Positions 51,039 through 64,000 of a stretch of 64,000 nt of DNA are shown here, in pieces. This DNA comes from Octopus sinensis. Taxonomy: Eukaryota. The stretch is from assembly GCF_006345805.1 (NCBI RefSeq), contig NC_043011.1:63314464-63378463 (forward strand), written 5' to 3'. Position numbers and translations under genes: made by a program. The notes beneath the pieces were generated by a model. That model ran no database searches, had not been told where the DNA came from, and was given only the letters and a program-made list of their open reading frames with translations. The stretch's first letter is position 1, and each line of letters opens with the position of its first letter.

Positions 51039-51712
51039 CTAAAAGATTTTTCATTTATTTATTAATAATTAGTGATACATATATTGTGTGTACAATAATT
51101 AGTTTTGAAAATGAAAGCTAAATAAAAGACAAAAATAACCAAGCTAAATCTGAACAATCTTTTGTTCTTTTTTCTAAAAGTCACCTTGTAAACACGGTTA
51201 TAACGCGTACATACCGATGTAAACATTGTCAGAGACATTTAGTTCAAACAAGTGATATCTGTCATTATATATAATTTGAACATTAATTTTCTTCTTACAT
51301 TTCCCATTCAATAGATATATCTTATTCCAAGACAATAGGGTTCTATTTAGTTTTACATATCGTTAAAAAAGTCTCAATTATTTGGGTTTTTTCTTTCCTT
51401 TACCGCTCCTCCTTCTATAGGCTTTCTTTGACGTTATAACCGCTAATGTTTCTTGAACAAACATAATAGGGTTCCGTTCATTAATATAAACATGCATTTT
51501 ATTCAGTTCAAATGTCTTATCGATGAGTTTCATTTCTTCATTTCCCTGAAGAGTAGATTAAATTGTTTCACCGCACTTCATTCCTTTGAAACAAAACAGT
51601 GATATCTTCAAAACATGTGAAGGAAGAAAAAACATTTGAATAGCACCAGCCTTTAACTCCATTTATTTATTTATATGTATGCATGAACGCATGTATCTAC
51701 ACACACACACAA

Positions 51713-51780
<68 letters not shown>

Positions 51781-51791
51781 ATATATATATT

Positions 51792-51830
<39 letters not shown>

Positions 51831-52213
51831 ATGTATGTATATATAAATTAGAGAAAAACACTTTTTATCAATTCAATAATGAACGATTACATTATACCTT
51901 TAAGAAAAATTACATATTAGAGGAAGATTAAATATAAGATAAAACATATAGCAATGATTATGTAATGTGCGAAACGAAATTTGGTAGAAAGTCGACACGT
52001 GTTTCGTGGCTATATTTAAGAAATGATAATAGTAAAATCACTTCAATATAAATAAAGCCACTTTTCAGGTTAAATTAAAAGCAATAAAATAATTAATGAG
52101 ATAAATTAATGAAAATACGTAAAAAATCATATAAAATACAAACTTTCTTAAACAAATATATTCTTGTTTAATATAGAATAAAAAATAAGATACAATTAAT
52201 TCAAATATTTAAG

Positions 52214-52280
<67 letters not shown>

Positions 52281-52804
52281 CATATATAATACAAAATATA
52301 CATTAAATGAAAACTAAATACTATAATTTAATTAATATACATTAAATTAAATAATTAATTAATTTATTAATTTAATAAAGATCTAAATAAAATCTAATAC
52401 TCATTAAGTAATTTATATTACAATCCTTAATGTGCAGTAATATAAATAATGTTAGTACAAGCTATAAGTATTAGAATTAATAATAGGAAATGGATTAAAT
52501 ATAAACACATCTATTAGATAAACTAACTATATTATTAATATTTATGTAGTATATCCAGATGTAATATATTACTCAAATATATAGTTCACCAAAATATCAA
52601 TTAATATGAACCTAATTTACTTAAATGTAACACTACGTAATAAATAGTCCATCTAACTATTATATAATTTATCGACACACAAAACTAAGTCTCAAATTTA
52701 ATTAAATGTAATTCGTTAAAATTAATAATAGTCATAAAACCTAATAAATAGATAGATATACATAACGTAACTAATAGTTATTAAGAATTCATATATAAAT
52801 TAAT

Positions 52805-52839
<35 letters not shown>

Positions 52840-52936
52840 AAATAATATTAATAATAATAATAATGAAAATAATATTAATAATAATAATACTAATAATAAT
52901 ATTAATAATAGTAATACTAATAATAATAAAAATAAA

Positions 52937-53006
<70 letters not shown>

Positions 53007-53007
53007 T

Positions 53008-55702
53008 AACAACATCACAGAAAGAGATTTACTTGAGAGTAAAGAAATAATAAAGCAAGATGACCTTGCCAAAGCACAAAGGCTCCGCCGGTACGAGAAA
53101 CGCCAGTGCTTCTCTGAACAAAACAAAAAGTTCAACTCCAAACCAAAAAGTTCTACCAAGAACTTGGCATAAATAAAATAGAAATCACTGCAGCACCAAC
53201 GGCAGAAGAAGTGGAAGAATTCTGGAGAGAAATATGGTCGGCGAACGAACAACCAAAAAAAAGGAGTAGTAAAACAACAAACTCAGCATCTGAGCAACTT
53301 TGGACCCCCATAACAACTGAAGAGGTCACCCAGGCACTGCAAAAACTAAGCAACTGGAAAGCACCTGGGCATGACAAGATCCCCAAATTCAGGTTGAAAT
53401 ATCTAACAGGAATGCACAAAAAGCTGGCTGAAATCTTTAACAACATACTAGCAGAGCCAGAGACAATGCCTGAATGGCTCAAGTAGGGGAAAACCATCTT
53501 AATTCCCAAATGAAATGAGACAGCAAAACCAGAAAGCTACAGACCAATAACCTGTCTCCCAACGATGCACATGGCATTTTCTGCAGTGATATCGCAAAGG
53601 TTGAACAAGCACCTGGACTAAAACAACCTGTTTCCAGAAGAGCAGAAAGGATGCCGCAAAGGCTCATATGGTTGTAAAGATCAACAAATGATTAATATAG
53701 CCATAAATGAAGATAGCCACAAAAGGAGGAAAGGCCTCAGTATGGCCTGGATCGCCTACAAAAAGGCATTTGATAGCATCCCCCACACATGGATCCTCGA
53801 AACACTAGCCATTTACAAATTGGCCTCAACAATTATAAAATTCATAGGACACTCTATGAATAAATGGCAAACAGTGCTACAGCTCCAAACGAAAGAGGGA
53901 CTCATGAAAACCAAAGCCATCTCCATTAGAAGAGGAATATTCCAGGGAGACACGCTCTCTCCACTCCTTTTCTGCTTGGCACTGTCACCTCTATCTGATA
54001 TGCTAAATAGAACTGGATGCGGATATAAATGTTACGGCAAAGCGATAAGCCACCTTTTATATATGGATAACCTAAAACTATACGCTGCAAATGACAAACA
54101 GCTGGAAACACTATTAAAGACAGTTCATGGATTTAACAAAGAAATAGATATGAAATTTGGATTAGAAAAACGCGCCGAAGTAACACTGACGAGAAGAAAT
54201 CTAGTTAAGAGTAGCAACATCACACTAGATAAAACCAATGAAATAAAAGAATTAGACAAAAGCCAAACTTACAAATACTTAGGAATCCATTAACTAGATA
54301 AGACCCAACACACACAAATGAAAGAGAAAATTAAAAAAAGAATATTATATACGAGTTAGATCAATACTAAAAACAGAGCTCAATGCTAAAACAAGATAAT
54401 AGGTATTAACACTTTAGCTGTCATAATTATAAGTTATAGCTACAATATCCTTAACTGGACACTAAATGAACTGACCAAAATAGATAGGAAAACAAGAAAA
54501 ATAATGACAGGATCTAGGATGCATCACCCAAAATCTGACATAGAAAGACTATATATACAACGTATAGAAGGTGGTAGAGGTCTTATACAGCTGGAAAACT
54601 ACTATACAATAACCATCATAGGACTGCAATGATATATACTTCAGAAGGAAGGAAAACCGATACAAATAGCGGCAAAACAAGAGCAAAACAAAAAAACTGT
54701 TCTCAGTATTTAAGGAAGCTGACAAATACAAACAAGAAATCATACCACCTAATAAACATGAAGAAGAAGAAGAAGATGAAGAAACAACAAAAGCTATAAA
54801 AAAAATGAAATCCAAACTAAAAATAGAACAGCAACGAACCATGATAAAACGATGGCAAGAAAAGCCCCTTCGTGGTAAATACTGGACTAAACTAAATACA
54901 AAAGAAATAGACAAAAGAAAATCCAAGCAATGGTTGAGAAGCTCAGGACTCAAAGCAAAGACAGAGGGATTTTTAATTGCAGCACAAAACCAAAGCATCC
55001 CCTCTAGAAATTACCAACAAAATATAATGAAAGTAACTGCAGAACATGTGGAGATGGACAAGAAACAATAAATCATATTATCTCTGGCTGCCCAGTCCTG
55101 GCTAAGAAGGAATATATTCACAGACGTGACAGAGTTGGAACCTACATACACTGGAAGCTATGCCACCATTATGGAATAACAACAGAAAAAAGATGGTATA
55201 GGCACACACCAGAAAAGGTCACAGAAAACGAGAAAGCAACCATACTCTGGGATATGCCGATACACACAGATAGAGAAATTAAGTCCATCAGACCAGATAT
55301 AGTTGTCAGAGATCATGAAGAAAAAAATGCTTTCGAATTGATGTATCAATACCGGCAGATGACAAAGTGTCTCTAAAAGAAATGGAGAAACCTTCAAAAT
55401 ACAAAGACCTGGAAATAGAGGTAACCAGAATGTGGAATCTAAAAACTGAAACATTTCCTATCATAGTAGGTGCATTAGGCATGATAAAAAAATATTCAGA
55501 CAAATACATAACAAAAACACCAGGACTTACAAACACATATAACATACAGAAAATTGCACTACTTCGCACGGCACACATCCTACGCAGAACACTTTCCATA
55601 CAATAACCATCAGAGCATCACAACAAATCACAGCACATATCCAAGGCACACAGATCTGCACTCGGTAGTGACGTGAAAGCACGCTATAAAAATAAAACTA
55701 CA

Positions 55703-55703
<1 letters not shown>
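53008..55703 (+). mobile_element. R4/Dong family C, duplicate copy
   Basis: Same 5' truncation point as 33774. Confidence 0.9.
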
Positions 55704-55754
<51 letters not shown>

Positions 55755-55770
55755 TATTATTATTATTATT

Positions 55771-57075
55771 ACTTTATTTTTCTTCTTTCCATTTCTTGGC
55801 GAATGTCTTCCCGACTCCTAGGGCAAAGAAACTCATAGTATATATTGTTAGGCCATTAAGCCAAACTCAATAGTTCGTTCATTTTTTTTTTTAAATACAA
55901 GAGCAGCAACAGTTCTCACATCGACAATGCTCTTCTCAATACGTGTGATGTACCAGTTTAGACAATCTTTTGCACTTCTTGCAGGGATGGTAAGCCAGGG
56001 ATCATTCTCATATAATTTTCGGTTCCCTTCTTGATCATTCCTAGTGCTCCTACGATCACTGGTATTGTAACCGCCTTGAGATGCCACATTTTCTCAATTT
56101 CAATGAGTAGGTCTTTATATTTTCTGAGCTTGTCAAACTCTTTCGCTGAGATATTATGATCACAGGGTATGCTCATGTCGATCAATAAGCAAACTTTATT
56201 GTTTTGGTCTTTCACAACAATATCTGGTTTATTGGCCTTGATGGTTCGGTCTGTATGTACTGGAAAGTCCCACAGAATGGTTACATATTCTCCTTCAGTT
56301 ACAGCCTCAGGGTGGTGATTATACCACTTGTCGGCAGTTTTGATATTGTAATGCCGACTTATTAGCCAGTGTAGATATTGGCCAACTATGTCATGTCTTA
56401 ATTTATACTCCACTGGTGCTAAGACTTTACATCCAGAGCTTAGGTGGTCCACTGTTTTAATCATGTCGTTGCAGAATCGGCATTTTAGGTCTGCTCCATA
56501 TTTCATCACATTGGCCTGGTAGTTCCGGGTTAGTAGGCTTTGATCTTGAGCAGCCAGGTTGAAACCTTCGCTCTCTGCTTTTAGCCCTGAGCTCCGTAGC
56601 CACTGATGGGTTTGCTTCTGGTCAACATCAGCTTGTTTGCTGCGGGTCACATATTTGCCGTGCAGAGGTTTCTCCTCTCGCCTATCAGCAAATTGCTCGT
56701 GCGCTTTTTTCGTTGCCATTATTTTCACATTCTTTGCAACAATAGATGCCGTACTTCCGTCGGGTTGTTAGATTTGGGTATCCTGCACGAGATCAATAGC
56801 AAATTTTTTGCTTTCCCTTATGATAGAATGAAGCTTCTTTCGTCTCTCGTGATTTTCCACGAGCTTTAGTATCCAGTCATTCGTTATATCGAGATATTTG
56901 GCCAGTCCAATGTGGTTGTTTTGTAAGCTAGTTCAAATTGGATGAGGCCTCGACCTCCTTGGGCTCTGGGAAGGTAAAGGCGATCTACGTCTGCCTTTGG
57001 GTGGTGCATCTTATTACAACTCAGCAACTTGCGTATTTTCCCATCTATATTCTTTACTTCACTCATATTCCAGTT
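55771..57075 (-). mobile_element. R4/Dong family B 3' fragment (1.3 kb)
   Basis: ORF 55958-56728 with CCHC knuckle and RLE motifs. Confidence 0.9.
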
Positions 57076-57110
57076 TTATTATTATTATTATTATTAATAT
57101 TATTATTACC

Positions 57111-57144
<34 letters not shown>

Positions 57145-57243
57145 AGTATTACCATCATCATCATCATTATTATTATTATTATTATTATAAGTATTACCAT
57201 CATCATCATTATTATTATTATTATATTATAAGTATTACCATCA

Positions 57244-57280
<37 letters not shown>

Positions 57281-57317
57281 CATTATTATAATTATTATTA
57301 TTATTATTATTATTTTT

Positions 57318-58570
57318 CTATGTTTGACTTTTGCCTTATATTTGTACAAGTTGGCTCCAAGTCACACCCAGAGACCTCAAGAGGTCAACAGGTTGGAAGT
57401 TCATGTTGTTGTTATGCCTAGTGTGCCATATATTTGGGGGTGTTTGGTGTTGTACTAATGAATGTACAAAACAAATTTTTTTTTTTAAAACCAAAAATTA
57501 TGTTTGTTTTAAACCGAAAATTATGTTTGAAAGTATTTTGCGTAGGTTATGAACAGTTTCCATGAGCACTATCTTTTGAATTTCTGCCATTTGTGGTTTC
57601 CTGTTATCTGAGTTAGGTAGCTATCAGCCCCTTTTGCTATCATTCCCTATTGACAATAGGTTTTGTTTTAGTCTTCAGCTTCCACATTTTGCTGATTTCT
57701 ATTTCAAGATCTGTATATTTGCTCAGTTTTTGGTAGGTCTTGACAGATACGTTTATATCGATTGGTACAGTCATATAAATGAGGAGGCATGTTCTTTGTT
57801 TGAAGTCTTTCAATATGATGTCTGGCCTATTTGCATCTATCTTTCTGTCAGTTTGGATGGTGAAGTTCCAGAGGAGTGAGTGTGGTCATTTTCATGCACT
57901 GGGGGTGGTTTGTGTTCCCACCAGTTTTTTTCATGGGGCAAATCCAGGTTTTTGCAGATAACCCAGTGAATATATTGTGCCGCTATATCGTGTCTGTTGA
58001 GATACTCTATAGGCGCTAGAAGACTGCACTTGGAGACCACATGGTCAATGGTTTCATTTTGTTGCTGGCATACACGACTCGTTGGACTTCTTCTGATCTT
58101 TAATATGTTGGCCTGGTAGTTTCTTGTTGGTAGGCATTAATCTTGAGCTGCTTTGATAAACACCTCTGTTTCAGATTTTATGCCAGAGGCCATTAGCCAT
58201 CGATGGGTCAGGGCTTTGACAACATCTGCATTATTTGCTCTCTTTGGGTATTTGCCATAGAGAGAGTTTTTTTGCCATTTATCATTCATAATATCTAAGG
58301 CCGCAGATTTAGCACGGGTTTTCATGCGCTTAGCTTTTTCTGTGCCTTTTTCTTGTATGTCTATCTCTAAATACGAATTTTGTTGTATTCGGAATTCACT
58401 TAGATATTCCTTTGCCTGTTTTGTTACTGAGTATGATGATTTCTTGTTTTCATGTTTTGTGACAAGTTTTAACATCCAGTCCTCAGAGATTTTCAGGTAG
58501 GTGTCTAGGCCAATTGTAGCAATCTTCATTGTTATTGCCAGTTGTAAAAGTCCACGGCCTCCCTCTTTTC
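57318..58570 (-). mobile_element. R4/Dong family A 3' fragment, duplicate of 37061-38325
   Basis: Same truncation point at gaaaagagggaggcc. Confidence 0.9.
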
Positions 58571-58609
58571 TTCTTCTTCTTCTTCTTCTTATTATTATTT
58601 ATTATTATC

Positions 58610-58668
<59 letters not shown>

Positions 58669-59324
58669 AATCAAACTTAATACAATTCAAAAGTTAAATA
58701 ACATTGTTAAATATAAAAACATTACTTTGTCAATGAAAATAACATAACTGAATTTTAAACGTAAAACTGTAGGTCTTAACGTTTATAAGAAATTAAAATC
58801 CTGAAGACGTAGTGTAAAAAAATAGAATAAAAGTATCAATGAAAATGACGAAATATTTTTATTCGTGAAAAAGGCGAAAATATTTTAGGTTTATGAATTA
58901 AAGAAAAATAGAATGACTATTGAACTATAAATCACTATTTACTATAGATTAAGTACCAAATATTTATTCCGTAAACTATACATATGACATAGAATAAATT
59001 TATATTACTATAACTAATAGGTCTTAGTAAAAGTATATATTATCATTTATGTATTAGGAACTATCTAAATTTAAAATTATTCAAATATATAAATATAACA
59101 TATAATAATATAGTAAATTATAGACTAATACTACTAAATTATATTAACAAGAAATAAGGTTTTATACATACGGAATAATAAGCTAAACGTGTCATATAGG
59201 TAAATAAAATTATGTTAGCATTTAATTTTAAATGACTATTTATTATAAAATTAAAGTCCAAATATTAAATAATTAAATATATATATTATATTTAATTTAA
59301 TTAACATTACTATTATTAATATAT

Positions 59325-59652
59325 CAGTGGTTAGAGCGTCGAGCTTACGATCGTGAGGTTGTGAGCTCGAATCCAGGACCGGGCTGCGTGTTGTGTTCTT
59401 GAGCAAGGCACTTTATTTCACGTTGCTCCAGTTCACTCAGCTGTAGAAATGAGTTGCGACGTCACAGGTGCCAGCTGTATCGACCTTTGTCTTTCCCTTG
59501 GATTACACTGGTGGCGTGGAGAGGGGAGGCTAATATGCGTGGGCGACTGCTGGTCTTCCATAAACAACCTTGCCCGGACTTGTGTCTAGGAGGGTAACTT
59601 TCTAGGTGCAATTCCATGGTCATTCATGACCGAAGGGCGTCTTTACCCCTTT
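59325..59652 (+). mobile_element. tRNA-derived CORE-like SINE, copy-2 specific
   Basis: cagtggttagagcgtcg head; absent at the orthologous site atatatc|ttaataag (about 39231). Confidence 0.9.
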
Positions 59653-59724
59653 AATAAGTTTATTTTATGTTTTTATTTATTAGCTAAACCTATTATATAG
59701 GTAATTTAATTTGTTTACATTTAA

Positions 59725-60020
<296 letters not shown>

Positions 60021-62138
60021 TATTTCAAAACATTTGCCATAAAGGCAGTACACAGATTAAGTTAGCTTTGCGGGCTGGACGAGGACATTAATGAGGTGAA
60101 TGATAATGAAAGAAAGATGATAAGGATGGGAGAAGACAAAAAGCGCCCGCCGACTTTTGCTTCTCTAAAACATTGTTCTTTTTAAAAAGATAAACACAAA
60201 ACGAGATATTAAACCTCTTACAATTTTTCCAATTTTGGGCTTAGCAGTCCATTATTAATACAAAACGAGGTATTAATCCTCTTACAATTTTTAAATTTTT
60301 GGACTTAAGTCCATTACTAATAATACATATCGTCCTCGAAATAGCTTGTGCCCGCGCCCTCCACCATCAACCACGCCTCCCTCAGAACGTAGTCAAGTTC
60401 CGAGTTTGCGTCGCCCGGGACCAAGTTATAATCGTCATTGAGCTCCTTTAGCCCTAGCGTCACGTCGAACGCCACGGCCTCCACAGCTACCTGCGGAGGC
60501 CATTCGGGGTCCTGTGTGAAGGCTAAAGGTGCTCCTCCGTTGTAGTGCTCTTCCATCACTTTCAATTTTCTCCTCCTCTATGTGAAGGCTAAAGGTGCTC
60601 CTCCGTTGTAGTGCTCTTCCATCACTTTTTCAATTTCTCCTCCTCTATAGAAGAGGACTAATACTTTCAGTTCTTTCGTTGGCGGCACAGTTTCCGCCAA
60701 CGGTATTCCTTCTCTTGTCGGTGACACAACCCCAACAGACGTAGTTCCGCGACATTCCGGTGCAACACTGACAGCCGGCAACGTCCCGTTTTTCTTCCTC
60801 TTTTTTCTTTTTTTTTCCCTTTTCAACTGAAGGAGGGTGCGTCTCCTCCGTGGCTGGAAGATTCGCCCTCCTCTCCTCATCCCTATTATCCTGGCGACCC
60901 TCAGCACTCACCGGGTACCCACCCGGCCATTTTCAAAAATCTGGAAAAACCAGATTGGCTGATTGGGTCCATAGGGTCAAAATTGCTTTCGAGCCAACCC
61001 AAGCAGCCGCAGGAAGAACTTTTACATTGAGGAGCTTAGTTTCGCTGTCACCCAGACCCGGCGGATAGTCTCCTCTATCCCTCGGGTTCTATGTCCGGGT
61101 GGCAGTCCCGCAGATCCAAGTTTCATCAATTTCTTTTTTTTGTACGTGGGCAGGGTAAGATTTTCCTTAACCTCCAAGGTTCGCTAGCAAATTTGCAAGC
61201 CTCTTCAGGGTGTCAAACAGCACCCAAACCACCTTTGCATATTTGACACCCCTGGAAATGATTTAATTCTTGGCAATACTCCTCCAACTCCTCCTCATTT
61301 GCCGTCTTTTCGAATAGGCGATGGTGTCAATGCCTTGGAGTAGGTTCTCAACACCACCGTCCTACTTCACGGTCTTTCAAACCACTTTTTGGGTGGTATG
61401 ATTTCCCACTCCAAAACTTTGTTATTTTTCATTGCCATGTTTTTTTAAAAATATATTCAAATTAAACTCAAAAGCAGGAAGAAAAAAGTTCAAAAGTCTA
61501 AATAAATTTGATAGATTTTTGAAAAAACAAAAAGGAGAAAGCACAACAGAAGGGAAGAAATTAACGGAAAGTCGCAATAAAGAAAAAACAAAAGGAGGGG
61601 GGTTAAATGAAGTTCAAAAGAAAGTTAATAAACAGAAAAAACACAGCAAAAATATTCTGGCCTTGCGGTACTCCCGGCCTGGGTTGAACCCGGAACGCCG
61701 CAACTGCAACACAACCTCCACAAAAATGGGTCCGAAAGGTAATCCAATAGTGGCTTATTTTTATACTTTTCTTGCGAAGTACTCTGACAAGGGAATAAAT
61801 TCAGCAAACTCTTACGCAGCACTGGCTACCGCCAACGGTAATTTTAACAGTAACTGTATTGAATTCTGAGTATACGCCCCTCCACTGTTTTTTCTTTTTT
61901 TTTCTTTTTCAATGAACACAAAAACGGCAGCCGCCTAGCGCTGGCGAAATTGTCTCAGAGTTGGACACAACCTACTGAAATAATAATTGGCACGCAATAA
62001 ATTATGCCCAACTCACAATAAACAAAATCACTTACTTCGACAACTTTCCGTTTTTGATCTTTTTTCTTTAGTTGGACAGAGCTTGTTACTCACGTCCACT
62101 CTAGCTCAACAAGAAGCAACCGACTAACTGCGCATGTC
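60021..62138 (-). mobile_element. Non-autonomous L1/Tx1-like element (5' UTR, broken ORF1-like, 3' tail; no APE/RT) with 17-bp TSD
   Basis: TSD tggttagc(a/g)agctactt at 60004-60020 and 62139-62155; ORF1-like pieces RTVVLRTYSK..LEEYC..VWVLFDT; internal 63-bp tandem duplication at about 60517-60640. Confidence 0.75.
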
Positions 62139-62189
62139 TGGTTAGCGAGCTACTTACCACACAGCCACTCCTGTTATATATTATATTTA

Positions 62190-62218
<29 letters not shown>

Positions 62219-62220
<2 letters not shown>

Positions 62221-62548
62221 GGCTCAGTGGTTAGAGCGTCGAGCTTACGATCGTGAGGTTGTGAGCTCGAATCCCGGACCGGGCTGCGTGTTGTGTTCTC
62301 GAGCAAGGCACATTATTTCACGTTGCTCCAGTTCACTCAGCTGTAGAAATGAGTTGCGACGTCACTGGTGCCAAGCTGTATCGACCTTTGTCTTTCCCTT
62401 GGATAACACTGGTGGCGTGGAGAGGGGAGGCTGGCATGCATGGGCGACTGCTGGCCTTCCATAAACAACCTTGCCCGGACTTGTATCTAGGAAGGTAACT
62501 TTCTAGGTGCAATCCCATGGTCATTCATGACCGAAGGGGGTATTTACC
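62219..62548 (+). mobile_element. tRNA-derived CORE-like SINE inserted in (TTA)n, copy-2 specific
   Basis: ggctcagtggttagagcg A-box, gagctcgaatccc B-box, gagcaaggcac..cagttcactcagctgtagaaatgag CORE-like segment. Confidence 0.9.
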
Positions 62549-62604
<56 letters not shown>

Positions 62605-62657
62605 CATTATTATTATTATTATCATTATTATCATTATTCTTATTATTAGTATCATCA

Positions 62658-62689
<32 letters not shown>

Positions 62690-63624
62690 TGTAATATTAC
62701 TAAATTTATTATCTTCATTAATTGAATTAAATTTTTTCGTGTTTCTTTTTTTATTCATATTTTTAGTATCTATTCCAATATCAAATGTATTATTTACATC
62801 ATCAAAATACCTATTATTATTGGGACGATTGATACCTAAACAACATTTATCATAATTCAGATAATTAGGTTTATCATTATAAAAATTATTTATATTATAC
62901 TCCTTCAAATTTTAATTATGTTTACACACACACACATCCAAACATATTAGCTGCTCGCCAAATCCCGATAAACTAACTTGGTAACCCAATCTATGAAAGA
63001 GGCCGATAGAATAAGTAATAGGCTTACAAAAAATAAGTCCTGGGGTCGATTTCCTCGATTAAAAGCGGTGCTCCAGCATCGCCACAGTCAAATGACTGAA
63101 GCAAGTAAAAGAGTAAAATGAGTATATATATATAGTTATTACAAACATGAAAACACGAGGAGAAAACACAACAACGCGTGGACGTGGAACAAGTAGAGTG
63201 TTATTGGACGCTCAGAAAGAAGGAAAGAAGGAGAGCTTAACGTTTCGAGCGGAGCTCTTTAGAAACATAGGAAAAGGAAAGATCCAAAGAAAGGAAGACG
63301 GAGGAAATTAAATCACCAACGGTACACACGCGGTCACATTTTCAAATCAATATATATATATATATATATGAAAGCATGGAGTTGAACGACTTGTTAACAA
63401 ATTTCCTTTATTTTCGACATATGTTTCGAAGGCTACCCAGGTATCAGTTATCTTTCGAATTATCCTTAATAAGATAATTCATTCGACTACTCTCATATAT
63501 ATATATATATATAATCTCGAAACGTAAAAAGAACTTTTACTATTCCTGAGTGTTATACTAATACATCTGTTTATTTTTGTACACCACCTGTCTTCGTCTT
63601 TTGTTTTTTGTCGTAAACTCTCCC

Positions 63625-63674
<50 letters not shown>

Positions 63675-64000
63675 ATATATATATGCGTATATATTTGTTT
63701 TTTCTGTAAATTTTATCTATTGTTATTCTTGTGCTTGTGCGTATATACACGTATGTATGAACTTTTACGGTTCGGGTGTGTGTGCATGAGTTTATATACA
63801 TATGCGTATAAATTTGGCGAAAAATGCGAGTGAAGATGTCTACGTTTTCATAGTGACATATAAGTACGCACGTGAGTCAGCGAGCGCATATGTTTAGCGT
63901 ATGATTAGCCATGTTTACGTGTTTATTTTTAATTTCATATACTTGCAGAATTATAACACAGTAAATTCCCTTTATATAACGGTATTCTTTCATAGCGTTT

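Noticed and set aside
61432-61869. 145-aa Lys-rich + strand ORF
   Set aside because: Antisense to the T-rich 5' region of the Tx1-like element; composition explained by strand bias, no motifs.

Overview
AT-rich eukaryotic genomic DNA. The SINE families and microsatellite load suggest a cephalopod (octopus-like) genome; this is an inference. No prokaryotic features or CRISPR arrays were seen. Most listed ORFs are microsatellite artefacts or transposon fragments. Reading splice sites by hand reveals a minus-strand tandem cluster of at least three paralogous multi-exon genes (A: exons at 5255-5303, 2627-2726, 340-428; B: 43393-43429, 31638-31737, 19549-19642 plus tentative 3' exons; C: 50939-51038, 46943-47036, first exon beyond the window). 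They encode small secreted proteins with a signal peptide and an invariant C-x7-C-x16-C-x8-C-x7-C-x11-C frame. B and C sit in a direct tandem segmental duplication (17906-45317 and 45318->64000), so each copy acts as an empty-site control for the other. The introns are packed with three families of R4/Dong-type RLE retrotransposons inserted in (TAA)n microsatellites, one nearly intact. They also hold L1/Tx1-like LINE relics, including a 2.1-kb non-autonomous element inserted with a 17-bp TSD into the tRNA-like head of a SINE. Penelope GIY-YIG relics, several hammerhead-ribozyme-like motifs, tRNA-derived SINEs, a mariner relic and a Helitron helicase fragment are also present.
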